DNA of 63,887 bases, counting the filler, from Octopus bimaculoides (taxonomy: Eukaryota): NCBI RefSeq assembly GCF_001194135.2. It is 5 parts of 4 records of this genome, joined end to end, with 100 filler letters (N's around TTAATTAATTAA, not from the genome) between each part and the next. Parts side by side here need not be neighbours in the genome. Positions count along the whole stretch, not along the records: positions 1 to 12,218 come from NC_068983.1; 4 more parts are not named here. One strand, 5' to 3'. A model generated the notes under the pieces. That model was not told where the DNA came from and did not search any database. It was given only the letters and a program-made list of their open reading frames with translations. Both the position numbers and the translations under genes were made by a program. This document shows, piece after piece, positions 1 to 12,217 of this stretch. The first letter of the stretch is position 1. The number at the start of each line of letters is the position of its first letter.

Positions 1-2125
1 GTGATAATTGAAGGAGTCATACCCAATGACTGGTGTAGCAGCACCATAGTCAACTGTTACAAAGGTAAAGATGACTCTTTAGATACAAATAATTACAGAG
101 GTATCAAGTTGTTAGATCAGGTAATGAAAGTCACGGAGAGGGTCCAGCTAATTAGGGAGCGAGTCAGTTTAGATGAGATGCAGTTTGAGTTCGTGCCAGG
201 TAAAAGCACCACTGATGCTATATTTCTGGTAAGATAGCTGCAGGAGAAATACCTAGCCAAGGATAAACCTCTGTACCTAGCTTTCATTGACATGGAGAAA
301 GTCTTTGACAGGGTCCCCTGATCCCTTATCTGGTGGTCAATGAGGAAACTAGGGATAGAAGAATGGTTAGTGAGAGCTGTGCGAGCCATGTACAGGGAGA
401 CTGTCAGTTAGGTGAGGGTTGATAATGAGTACAGTGAAGAATTCCGGGTAGAGGTAGAGACCCACCAAGACTCTGTCCTCAGCCCCCTCCTATTTATCAT
501 AGTCCTCCAGGTGATAACAGATGAATTCAAGACAGGATACCCCTGGGAGCTCCTCTATGCTGATGACCTTGCTCTAATTGCTGAGTCACTATCAGAACTA
601 GAGGAGAAGTTTCAGGTGCTGAAGCAGGGACTAGAGTCGAAGGGTCTTAGAGTCAACCTAGCGAAAACCAAAGTCCCAATAAGTAGGAAGGTAGACAAAA
701 GACAAACCCCTTCAGGTACATGGCCCTGCTCGATCTGTAGAAAATGTGTAGGTAGAAACTCTATAAGATGCACCCAGTGCAAGCTATGGACACATAAGAG
801 GTGCAGCAATATCAAAGGAAGGTTAACTAGGATGTTAGTTTTTGTATGTAGCAGATGTTCAGGTGCAGTAAACACTGAAAATGTGCAGAAAACAACTTCT
901 GTCACATTCCAGGGAGAAAAACTGGACATAGTTGATAGCTTCTGATATCTGGGTGCGCTGAAAGTGTACCTGCTAGAATAAGAATAGCCTGGGCAAAGTT
1001 CAGAGAGCTCTTACCTCTGCTGGCGACAAAGGGCCTCTCACTCAGAGTAAAAGGCAGACTGTATGACGCATGTGTACAAACAGTCATACTACATGGCAGT
1101 GAAACATGGGCCGTGACTGCTGAGGATATACATAAGCTCGCAAGGAATGAAGCCAGTATGCTCCGATGGATGTGTAATGTCAGTGTGCATACTCGACAGA
1201 GTGTAAGTGTCTTGAGAGAAAAGTTGAACTTATGAAGCATCAGTTGTGGTGTGCAAGAGAGACGAATGCACTGGTATGGACATGTGGCGAGAATGGATGA
1301 GGATAGCTGTGTGAAAACGTGTCACACCCTAGCGGTTGAAGGAACTCATGGAAGAGGTAGGCCCAGGAAGACCTAGGATGAGGTGGTGAAGCACGATCTT
1401 CAAACATTAGGCCTCACCGAGGCAATGACTTGTCACCGAGACCTTAGGAAATATGCTGTGTGAGAAGACCCGGCAAGCCAAGTGAAACCAAAATCCAAGG
1501 CCTCTGCCAGGGATGTAGCCAGCCCACTTACGCGTAACATTCCTTCATTGGACACTAGACTCCGCTTGCGAAGACCTGTTGAGGCAAGTGAAATCAAAAT
1601 CGAACTAAATTTGTAGACTGGCACCCATGCCAACGTCTCTTCATTGAACACTAACGTCGGCTTGCGAAAGCGAAATCGAGATGGCACCTGTGCCAGTAGT
1701 TCACTAAGAGCACTGTCCAAGCGTGATCGTTGCCAGAGCACCACCTATCTGGCTTCTGTGCCGATGGCACGTAAATAGCCCCATTTGAGTGCGATCGTTA
1801 CCAACGTCGCCTTCCTAGCACTTGTGCCAGTGGCATGTGAAAAGACATTCGAACGAGTTCATTGCCAGTACTGCTAGACTGGCTCCTGTGCAGGCGGCAC
1901 GTGAAGTGGCCGTTGCCAGTATCTCCTGATGGGCCTTCGTGCAGGTGGCATATAAATGCACCCACTACACTCTTGGAGTGGTTGGCGTTAGGAAGGGCAT
2001 CCAGCTGTAGAAACTCTGTCAAATCAATTTGGAGCCAGGTGTAGGCATCTGGTTCACCAGTCCTCAGTCAAATCGTCCAACCCGTGCTAGCATGGAATGC
2101 AGATGTTAAACGATGATGATGATGA
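1..2125 (+). mobile_element. RTE-clade LINE, 3' portion (decayed RT, PHD-like Cys/His finger, C-terminal domain, ~640-bp 3' UTR, (GAT)n tail)
   Basis: Translations show RT motifs: NYRGIKLLDQVMKV, QFEFVPGKSTTDAIF, LSPLLFIIVLQ and WELLYADDL. There are in-frame stops at about 237 and 943. The C-terminal region ends at TGA ~1485. The 3' UTR has ttggcgttaggaagggcatcc and ends gttaaacgatgatgatgatga at 2125. The element is cut by the window start. Confidence 0.92.
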
Positions 2126-2176
2126 ATATATGTATATATATGTATGTATGTATATATATGTATGTATGTATGTATG

Positions 2177-2217
<41 letters not shown>

Positions 2218-2415
2218 AAAGAATAAAAAGTTTTGAACGGTAGAACAATGCACTATATATATATGTGTATATATGCATATATATATATGTATGTATATAT
2301 GCATATATATATATGNNNNNNNNNNNNNNNNNNNNNNNNNNNNNNNNNNNNNNNNNNNNNNNNNNNNNNNNNNNNNNNNNNNNNNNNNNNNNNNNNNNNN
2401 NNNNNNNNNNNNNNN

Positions 2416-2720
2416 TGAGCAACGAGAGGAAAAGAGAAAGAGAGGAAGTACGAGGGGGGAAAAAAAGAGATACATAGTAACAGAAGAAGAACGAGAGGGG
2501 TAAAGCAAGATATGTAGTAGTAAAGAGGAAGAACGAGGGGAAGAGAGAGAGTGGTAGAGGGAGTAACAATGGGAGGAAGTAGAAGAATAGGTGAGCAACT
2601 AAAGGAAAAGAGAAAGAGAGGAAGTACGAGGGGGAAAAAGAGATACGTAGTAGTAACAGAGGAAGAATGAGAGGGGTAAAGCGAGATACGTAATAGTAAA
2701 GAGGAAGAACGAGAGGGGGA
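2416..2720. repeat. Purine-rich imperfect tandem duplication (~175-bp unit)
   Basis: gagcaac..aggaaaagagaaagagaggaagtacgaggggg..agatac..agtaacaga..gaggggtaaagc.agata occurs at ~2418 and again at ~2593. Confidence 0.7.
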
Positions 2721-3375
2721 AATATGTTCTCAGTAAAAATTTAGCGACACAACAGACTGTAAAAGGGCAAGACAAATGAAAAAATACTAAATTTTAAAAA
2801 TGATTAACTTATGCATTTTTCGTGGTTAGATGATTCGGCATCTATTTCTAGCATATAGGAGTCCACTTTTGCTGGTCATTCCTCTTATTTTTGTATGTAA
2901 TATAATTTTAATCTTCGGATTTTTTTAATATGCTAGACCACTGGTTTTAATTGATTAATATCAATTTCTACCCTTATTAATAAATAAATAAATAAATATA
3001 TATATATATATATATATATNNNNNNNNNNCGTAGTAGTAACAGAGGAAGAATGAGAGGGGTAAAGCGAGATACGTAATAGTAAAGAGGAAGAACGAGAGG
3101 GGGAAATATGTTCTCAGTAAAAATTTAGCGACACAACAGACTGTAAAAGGGCAAGACAAATGAAAAAATACTAAATTTTAAAAATGATTAACTTATGCAT
3201 TTTTCGTGGTTAGATGATTCGGCATCTATTTCTAGCATATAGGAGTCCACTTTTGCTGGTCATTCCTCTTATTTTTGTATGTAATATAATTTTAATCTTC
3301 GGATTTTTTTAATATGCTAGACCACTGGTTTTAATTGATTAATATCAATTTCTACCCTTATTAATAAATAAATAA

Positions 3376-3423
<48 letters not shown>

Positions 3424-4023
3424 ATATATATGTGTGTATATATATGTGGATGTATATATATGTGTATACATATACTGCAAAAAAAAAAATGGGGTGATAC
3501 AAAAATGATTTACATCAGCCAGTAGACTTTCTATTATGTCTGGAGTATTATAAGAATAGATACACATCCAAAGACTGCGTGCTACGCAAATATATACTAG
3601 CAATAGTAATACATAAAAGATTAAAAGATCAGTTCCTTACAGCCATTTCTGCCAAGAGGCCACTATATCCTCCATGCTAGCTCCATCTCTTCAGTGTTCT
3701 GTAGCAATGGGTAGATAGAGTTTGGATGTTGAGTGTGCCTCGAGGCTTCATCAGAGGGTCTAAATAGCTAGGAGAGCTGATACATATAAAAGTCAGTTAC
3801 TAATAGATACAGTATATTTTTCTTATTAAAGAGAGCATAAGAAGAATAGGAGCAAGACTTAGAGTGTGAGAGGAGTAAAATATAGTAAAATGGATTAGGT
3901 ATAGGAAAGGGAAATAAGTCATAGACTTTAAGTGTTGCCTTCCAAGATTCATGTTATTTTGTCCCTTAGTTGGTTGGCTTCCCAACTCTCACAGAAATAT
4001 GTATACATAACATATATATATGG

Positions 4024-4190
4024 GGTGCAGGAGCAGCTGTGTGGTAAGAAGCTTGCTTCCCAACCACATGGTTCTGGGTTCAGTCTCATTGCATGCCACC
4101 TTGGGCAAGCGCCTTCTACTATAGCCTTGGCTGACCTAAGCCTTGTGAGTGGATTTGGTAGATGAAAACTGAAAGAAGCCTGTTGTACAT
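4024..4190 (+). mobile_element. tRNA-derived SINE, 5' half (CORE-like; resembles the octopus OR-type SINE)
   Basis: tgtggtaagaagcttgcttcccaaccacatggttctgggttcagtc..ccttgggcaag has A/B-box-like and CORE-like (ccttgggcaag) motifs. The same sequence recurs at 26040-26195, 50790-50952, 55325 and 55815. The family name is from memory. Confidence 0.85.
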
Positions 4191-4378
4191 ATAAGGGGTT
4201 TCTATGATTGTGTATAGAAGAATATATTACTCAAAGGAATTCTCACTGTTTTTCACGTTTTATTTATAATCTTACAATATTAATATAAGATATAAAATAA
4301 TATAGTAAAAAGAAATAAAATGAAGTATTAATTGTCTATTCTTATTGAACAAATGAAATATTAAATGTCCATTCTTAT

Positions 4379-4421
4379 TGAACTAGTATACTTTCTTGCA
4401 TTTATGCAATCTTCAGGTTAA
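4379..4421 (-). ncRNA. Minimal type I hammerhead ribozyme motif (left pLTR)
   Basis: Minus strand reads ttaac CTGAAGA ttgca-taaa-tgcaa GAAA gtatac TA gttca. The core is intact, stem II has 5 bp, stem III is palindromic, the cleavage triplet is CUA, and stem I has one mismatch. Confidence 0.8.
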
Positions 4422-6786
4422 TATGGTTGTGGTGACAGTTGTGTTCATTGGTTTCAACTGTGGTTGAGTGGTTAAATTTTGTCCTTTATATACATTCCTG
4501 TGGATAGAAGTAGAAGTTGCTTGGCTATTTTTTGAAATGATGTGATACTATTTTTCAGTGTTTATTTTTAGAAATGATGACAGCAGTACTTTTTAGATAT
4601 TATTATTTTTTAGATATGAGGATAAGACTTTTAAACCTTAAATAAGATTATTTTTTTATCCTTGTTTGTTAAACTTGGGTTTGAATTTGTTAATAAAGTT
4701 CTTTTCTCTCAGTTTTCTCTTGATTTCACTCGGATTGTATGGTTTATGAAATGGAAATATATTTTCCAGCCACATGTTGCTAGATGGTTACTCAGCAGTA
4801 TTTGGCGGACTTCTGGATTTTTGATTCGTTGTTGGTGCACACATGAGCGTTCTGATAGTGCATTGCCTGTTTGGCCAACATACAGTTCTTCACAATTCGG
4901 GCATTTGATGCAGTAGATGAAATTTCTGTGTTTGTAGTTCATATTTGCATTTGTGATTATTTTCCCCATGTTTGTGTTCATATATGGGCTGGTATGAATT
5001 AATTGGCATGTACTGCATCGGCTATCATTGGGTGTAGACACAGTGAATGGTTGGTCTTTGTTGCTAAGGTCAAACCTTGCCTTTGTTAATAACTTTTTTG
5101 AGCTTTTAGGCTGTCTTTTACTGAGAGTTATAGTTTGGTCTGTAATAATATTTCTTAATTCCTTACTTTGAGCAATGATTGGTAGGTTTGCTTTAGCGAT
5201 ATTGAAGATATTCTGGTGGCATGGATTGTTAGTCACTATAAATGGTATGATTTGTTCTTGTCTTTCTCTTCTTTGTGTTGTCATCAGTTGTTGTGTGGTT
5301 ATTTTCATAGCCTGCTGAATCCCATTTTCTATAAGTAGTGACAGGTATTTTTGTTTGAGCAGAAATTCTTTCATTTCCATCAGGCACTGATTCCTGATCT
5401 TCAAATCTTCTACAAAGGTACAGATTCTTGTGGCTAAGCAGTATGGGATGTTATGTTTTGTACATGGTGGATGGCACAATTTAAAATTCAGGTATTGACG
5501 TGTATTTGTGGTGATGGTAGTGTTCTTGTTTAATTACTATTATACCTAGGAATGGTAATTTGGTACTGCTCGTCTCCTTTGTAAATTGGATGGATGGGTG
5601 TAGGTTATTCAGGATGATATTGAATTCTTCTACAGTGTTTTGAGATTTTGTCCAGATTATGAAGCAGTCATGCCTTTTCAATATATAAGTATCCCATCAC
5701 CGAGTTTACATAATCGGGAGCAAACCTCATTCCCATGTCTGTGCCTTTAATTTGGATGTAGTTCTTTCCATTGAAGAAGAAAGTATTGTTTTCCAGAATA
5801 AGTCTGACTGACTCTAATATAAATGTCACTGTGAATCTGTTGGGAATTGTTTCTCTGTGTTTATCTACCCAGTATTAAATTGCCTTTATTCCTAAATCAT
5901 GTGGGATATTGGTGTAAAGGCTTACTACATCAAAGCTCAGTAAGATTGAGTTTGTTGAAAGGCCTGAAAGCTCAGTAGGATTGAGTTTGTTTTGGGAGGA
6001 TGTGACAGGAAATCGATGTCATCCCAAATGAAGCTGGGTATGTAGGTACATAGGGGTTTCAAAATAATGATGAAGTTGCTTAGACGATGGGTAGGGCATG
6101 CTGAACCAGCTATAATTGGTATAAGTTCAAAGTCTTTTGGATATAGTAATTTTATGTATTCACTTCCTTGTTCTTTTATTACCTGTTGAATATCTTCTGA
6201 CTTATGTATTTTTGGTAAGCCATAAAAGTTGCTGGGTAGGGGAAAGTTTGATAGGCTACCAATATATTAGTCAAGGTAGATATTTTTGCTTTTTGGTGGG
6301 GTGAAATTTGATTTATTCCTTACTAAGGATTCTTTGGTTTCATTATTATTATTATTATCATCATTATTATTATTATTATTAGTGGAGAATTCCAAAAGTC
6401 GCCACCTACGACAGAATTTTTGAATATCTTCCTTTAGTTCATGGTGGTTGACTGTTGGTGTTGGTGTAAATTTCAGGCCTTTCAACAGGAGTTAGATTTT
6501 ATCAGTCATTTTTGGAAAGATTAATTATTTTAGGATCTATACGACAAGTTGTTTTGGGTATGTTTCCTCTTGGAATTTTTCTTTCTCTGGTGTTTGTTGT
6601 TATGACATTAAAGAAAGATTTTTTCTGTCATCATTTCTAAAAATAAACACTGAAAAATGGTATCGCATCATTTCTAAAAATAGCCAAGCAACTTCTACTT
6701 CTATCCACAGGAATGTATATAAAGGACAAACTTTAACCACTCAACCACAGTTGAAACCAATGAACACAACTGTCACCACAACCATA

Positions 6787-6829
6787 TGAACCTGAAGATT
6801 GCATAAATGCAAGAAAGTATACCAGTTCA
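6787..6829 (+). ncRNA. Minimal type I hammerhead motif (right inverted pLTR), cleavage-site U mutated
   Basis: tgaac CTGAAGA ttgca-taaa-tgcaa GAAA gtatac CA gttca. Stem I is a perfect 5 bp, but U16.1 is C, so it is predicted inactive. Confidence 0.75.
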
Positions 6830-6924
6830 ATAAGAATGGACATTTAATATTTCATTTGTTCAATAAGAATAGACAATTAATGCTTCATTTCATTTCTTTT
6901 TACTANNNNNNNNNNTTGAATCTT

Positions 6925-7125
6925 TGTGTCTGTGTTTGTCCCTCTGCCATCACTTGACAACTGATGTTGGCATGTTTACGTCCCCTGTAATTTAGTGGTT
7001 CGACAAAAGAGACCAATAGAATAAATACTAGGCTCACAAAGAATAAGTCCTGGGGTTGATTTGTTCAACTAAAGGCAGTGTTCCTTCATGGCTGCAGTCA
7101 AATGACTGAAATAAGTAGAACAATA
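6925..7125 (+). mobile_element. SINE 3' half (same family as 50548-50952)
   Basis: cttgacaactgatgttggcatgtttacgtcccc..gagaccaatagaataaatactagg..catggctgcagtcaaatgactgaaa matches the 3' body of the other copies. Confidence 0.8.
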
Positions 7126-7213
7126 AAATAGAGTGTGTGTGTGTATATCTGAATATATATGTGTTTGTGTGTGTGTGTATATACATATTTGTGTGTGATT
7201 GTATTTATGTGTT

Positions 7214-7318
<105 letters not shown>

Positions 7319-7500
7319 GACCGTGTATATTTATGTGTGTGTGTATGTATACATGTGTGTATGACTCAAGCATTTCCACCCCATATCACATACATAAAAA
7401 CAATACACCATCATTTTCTACAGGTTCATTCTTTCTAAGCTTTCTCCATTCCTTCTCTTTCAAGCTTCAAACAACTACTACATATATATGTATGTGTATA

Positions 7501-10175
7501 TCTCTATCTATAAAACTCAAAATGTGTGTGTGTTTGTATGCTTTTTATGCATTTCCACATTTTTCAACCAACTTTGATGAAAATTTTTTTATTAAATGGC
7601 AAACTTACCCAGGCAGGTCACTGCCACATTACCGATACCTAGTGATACCCTCTTCTAGAAGAAAAATCGATAAAACTGAAGGGATGCCCCACTTTTTGCA
7701 AAAAGAAGGCAAAAGTTACATGCAAGAAAAGTTTTTACAGGAACGTCCAATTTTTATAATTTTGGTTTCAAAAGGACCATCATGTTGCGACATTTCAGAT
7801 AAATATTTTGGCACTGCCTTGGGGCCTCTGATTCCCAAGAAAATTGCAAAAAACTTTGAAAAAAAAAATCGATTTTTCGCATTTTTGCGAAGTTACATGG
7901 TAGAAAACTTTTTACTAGAAAGTTCCATTTCCTTGGTTTTTACGGTTAAAAAAAACCACCATGTAACAGCAGTTCTATCAAGTATCTGTTCTATGTCCAA
8001 AGGCATTCCTGTGTGACAAGAAACTGCGAAAAACTGAAAAAATCGAGTTTTTTTCAAGCTTTGCATCTCGAGAATGGCCAGAGAGTCTACTTCTCCAGCT
8101 TTAATGCTGTTCAGCTGGCACAAGAACCCAAGGACACTGTGCTCACCACCTTCTTGAAACTACACNNNNNNNNNNTGCGAAAAACTGAAAAAATCGAGTT
8201 TTTTTCAAGCTTTGCATCTCGAGAATGGCCAGAGAGTCTACTTCTCCAGCTTTAATGCTGTTCAGCTGGCACAAGAACCCAAGGACACTGTGCTCACCAC
8301 CTTCTTGAAACTACACACCAATGACCCCTTCATCAAGGCCTTCCTGTATTCCTAGGTTCCATCATATTACATTTGGAAAAAGAAAACACACATTTGGCAA
8401 TCAAGGAAACATAGACAACCCATCAAGGGACAGCCAAACTTAAAATCTTCCCCCACCTTTGGAAGAGTTTACACAGTTTGCCCTTACCAACAGGCATGTT
8501 TTTACTTTCACTTACTGCTGCATGAGGTCACAGGACCAACATCTTTTGACAACCTGAAAAGCTTCAATGGTGAAGCTTTTGCTACATACCGTGAAGCCTG
8601 CCTTAAACGCGGCCTGCTAGAAGACAGTGCCCAGTGGGACGCAACAATGACAGAAGCAGCTACAATATGCTTAATAGCTCTTTGCAGTGCTACTGCAAAC
8701 ATGCAAACTCAGTGATCTTGTGACATACGAGAAATACAAGGAAGACCTTTCAGAGGACTACCACAACCAGTTATGAATTCTTGAACAGAGCATTAAGTAC
8801 ATTGAGGACAGCCTACTTACTGCTGGTAATAACCTTTCATTTTATGGTCTACCGAAAGCCAGCAGAATGGGCTCACACACACTACCAACAGGCGTTATTC
8901 AGGAAAAAGCCTACAACGTCGATGCTCTTCAATTATACATCAATAAAAAATTAGCTGAAGTTACTTCAGGACCAGCAGCATGCATACAGTACTGTCTACA
9001 TTTCCATTCATGAATGCAAAGGAGGTATTTTCTTTGTAAATGCCCCAGGAGGAACTGGTAAAACATTCGTGACTAAACTCCTCCTTGCAAAAGTACGCAA
9101 GCAAAAGGGGATCGCTTTAGCTGTAGCTTCTTCCGGAATTGCCACAACTTTACTGCTTGGAGGTAGGACAGCTCATTTGACCTTCAAACTCCCATTCAAT
9201 ACTTCTGCGTCCGACTCAGCCACCTGCAATTTTACAAAAGATTTGGTCAAAGCAGAAGTGCTGCGAAAGTGCCAGCTCATTGTTTAGGACAAATGCATCA
9301 TGGCACATAAAAGATCTCTTGAAGCACTGGACAGGACCCTGATAGACATCAGGGGCTACATTAGCCCCATGGGAGGCATTTCCTTCTTTCTGTCTAGGGA
9401 TTTCAGACAAACTCTATCCATAATTCCAAAAGGCACCAGAGTCAACACTGTAATGGCTTGCATTAAGTTATCTTCCCTGTGGCAGGACATGAAAATTTTG
9501 ATTCTTACAACAAACATGAGGGCCCAACTTTTCAGCAACAACTTATTGGGTGACTTCTCCAAGCAACTTCTCACCGTTGGTGATGGTACAACTCCCTCCA
9601 ATGCAGCTGGAGAGATAGCTGTCTCACACTTAGGCACACTTGTAGACATTGTGGATGACCTTACACCTGCTCTTTTCCCCAATCTGCACATAAACTACCA
9701 AAACCTGAATTGGCTGTGCGTAAAAGCCATATTAGCTCCCCAAAACACATTTCTTTTGCAAAACTCAATGGAAACCTACTGCAAAGCCTTCCTGGAAACC
9801 TTCACACCTACAAGTCTGTGGACACTTGTGGACCAAGAAGAGGGCGTTAATTTTCCACAGAATTCTTCAATTCCTTGGACCCCTCCTGACTACTGCCTCA
9901 TCAACTGCACCTCAAAATTGGAGCTCCAGTCATGCTGCTGAGTAACCTGGAGCCACCACATCTGTGCAACGGAATGCGGTTTGTGGTAAAAAATGTGCTG
10001 CCTCATGTTGTTGAAGCAACAATTCTTATGGGTTGCAGCATCAGAGACAACTCCTTTACACCCAGGATACCTCTTACTCCATCAGATAAGCAATACCCCT
10101 GTCCCTTGCATCGACTTTGGTTCCCTCATCAACTTTGCTTTGCCATGTCCATCAACAAGTCCCATGGCTAAACAC
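7501..10175 (+). mobile_element. Helitron remnant: 5' TC end plus decayed Rep C-terminus and Pif1-like helicase
   Basis: Starts a|TCtctatctataaaactc..gtgtgtg at 7501. Peptides include ENGQRVYF, LLLHEVTGPTSFDNLK..TYREACLKRGLLED, Walker A NAPGGTGKTF, ASSGIA..GGRTAH..FKLP, DFRQTL, LLSNLEPPHLCNG and CFAMSINKSHG. It is internally deleted and no 3' CTAG end is seen. Confidence 0.92.
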
Positions 10176-10179
10176 TAAC

Positions 10180-10413
10180 AACAACAGGCCTCCATTTAGG
10201 ACCATATACTGCAATAGCTTGGAATTCAAGGGTCCAAAGCTATTTAACTCCTTGCCAAAACATCTGAGGGGTCTCCATGGAGTCGGAGTAGATGTTTTCA
10301 GGAAACAGATTGACTTCTTGCTATCCAAGATACCAGATGAACCAACATCAAGACAGGAAACTCAAAATAGGGCAGCGGTATTGAACTCCCTCCTTCACCA
10401 AAAGCCAATATGA
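10180..10413 (+). mobile_element. LINE C-terminal fragment (CR1/Jockey-like)
   Basis: NSLEFKGPKLFNSLPKHLR..FRKQIDFLLSKIPDEP..NSLLHQ resembles the typical post-RT C-terminal end of CR1/Jockey-group LINEs. Confidence 0.65.
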
Positions 10414-10429
10414 GAATATGAGAGTCTGG

Positions 10430-12217
10430 CAAGCAAACATTATGTTATCATGGACAAAGACTATTATAAAGATAAAATATTGGAAATGTTAACAAACGAA
10501 ACCTACTACAAGGAAGAACCAAGGCACTCAGAAAAAAGAATAATAAATAAAATCAGAAGGCTAATAAATGAATTCCAAGATTCTTTCACTGACAAGGAAA
10601 AAGAGTATATATGCAACTCTGTTATCAAAGAGAGCAACTTTTACGGTTTGCCTAAAATCCACAAAAGCTCCGAAATACAAAATGCCATAAATAAGCAGAA
10701 GAACCAATATGTAAAATTACTAAGACCTGCTGACCTCAAACTGAGGCCAATAGTTGCTGGACCTCAAGCACCAACACAACAGTTAAGTCATTTTCTAGAT
10801 ATACTCTTAAAACCTTTGTGCCCATTAATACCTAGCTGTGTATGGGATGGCATAGATTTCATCCAACACATTCCCCCCACTGTTGCAGAAGGTACTATAC
10901 TAGCAGGTTTTGATGTCACTAATCTCTATACCAATATACCTCACAGTTTAGGCCTAGAAGCAATCAAACACTGGGTAGAAAAACATAGAGAACGGATAAA
11001 TGATCGCTTCAAGACTGACTTCATCACCAAGGCCACACGTCTAGTGCTAGAGGAAAATACCTTTAAATTCGACAACAAAACATATTGGCAGATAAAGGGC
11101 ACGGCTATGGGTACGCGATTTGCGCCCTCATATGCAAACTTAGTTATGGGATACTTAGAAGAAAAGCTCTATGAGGAAGTGGAAAAAACTTTTGACCAAG
11201 AATACAAAAAAACATATCATTAAAAAATGGAAACGCTTCCTGGATGATTGTTTCATTTTGGGGGAAAAATCGACTGAAGATCTAAATGTATTTAACAATA
11301 TACTAAATGCACTTCACCCTTCCATCAAATTTACAACAGAATCCAGTTGCAATGAACTACCATTCCTGGATGTCCACATAAAAATACAAAACTGCACAGT
11401 CACAACAGACATATTTTACAAAAACACCGATACACACCAATATTTAAACTTCTATTCTTGTCACCCATCACAAATCAAAAGAAACGTCCCATACAGCATG
11501 GCCAGACGCATCTGTGCTGTAGTAAGTGACCCTAAAACGCGTGAAACCAGACTCAACGAACTGAAAGGCTTCCTTACTATACAAAAATACCCCTTAGGCC
11601 TAATTAATGAAGGAATTAAAAAGGCGATGGAATTGAATATCACCCAACTACGGACACCAAAGGAAAAAGTTAATGAAAACATGGTTCCGTTCATTAACAC
11701 ATACAGTCCTGGAATAACTAACATATTCCATGTCATAAAATCAAACTTGCCTATACTCCTTCAAAGCCCCAAGATGAAAACTCTGATTGAAAAAAACACC
11801 TTACGGAATAGCAGACGCCAACCAAAAAACCTTAAAAAACACCTCACAAGGGCAGAATTCAGATCAGAGACTAAGCCAGAATTCATAGTAAAAGAATGTA
11901 GTGATAGGAGATGTTGAACGTGTAACAATACCAACAACTACAAATACATAGAAAGTGGTTCCCACATAAAATTCAAGAACGGATCTATTTTTAAAATAAT
12001 TGCAGATATGAACTGCAAAACACAAAATCTCATATACTGCATCACCTGTCCAAACTGTAAAGAAAATTACATTAGCGAAACGAATAACTCACTCTGCCAA
12101 TGTGCAAGAATTCACAGGCAACATATCCGACAAGAAGAACTAAGAATGATTCCATTGAATAAACATCTGGAAATATGCGGAGACGGAAAGTTCAAAATCT
12201 TTCCCTTTTATAAATGT
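10430..12217 (+). mobile_element. Penelope-like element, 5'-truncated (RT + Cys-rich linker + GIY-YIG)
   Basis: Motifs are FYGLPKIHK, LRPIVAGP, FDVTNLYTNIPH, QIKGTAMGTRFAPSYANL, then a frameshift at ~11200, WKRFLDDCF, LPFLDV, DTHQYL and NLIYCITCPNCKENYISET. It runs into an N gap. It is related to the 4303-6905 element but is a distinct family. Confidence 0.93.

Larger units (their letters stand above)
4303..6905 (-). mobile_element. Penelope-like element (RT + GIY-YIG) bracketed by 281-bp inverted pseudo-LTRs
   Basis: Minus-strand frames give KGLKFTPTP (N-terminus), GLPKIHK, QIKGTDMG-like, LPFLG, HPPCTKHNIPY and the GIY-YIG motif FIYCIKCPNCEELYVGQT. The ORF has frameshifts and stops. 4303-4583 is the reverse complement of 6625-6905, and the right arm runs into an N gap. 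Confidence 0.93.

Noticed and set aside
2644-3400. Near-exact ~370-bp direct duplication (2644-3019 / 3030-3400)
   Set aside because: The copies abut a 10-11 N gap, which is typical of unmerged overlapping contig ends. It is probably an assembly artefact.
3725-3770. Minus-strand ctgatga-agcc-tcga-ggc hairpin resembling a hammerhead 5' half
   Set aside because: No GAAA box, cleavage triplet or stem I partner follows. At best it is a decayed relic.
7333-8016. 227-aa ORF at the Helitron 5' end
   Set aside because: No recognisable domain. It runs through the non-coding Helitron terminus and an AT-rich insert.
8027-8320. Direct duplication of ~140 bp in the Helitron across the gap at 8166-8175
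   Set aside because: Same gap-flanking overlap artefact. The same applies to 59845-59888 / 60179-60228.
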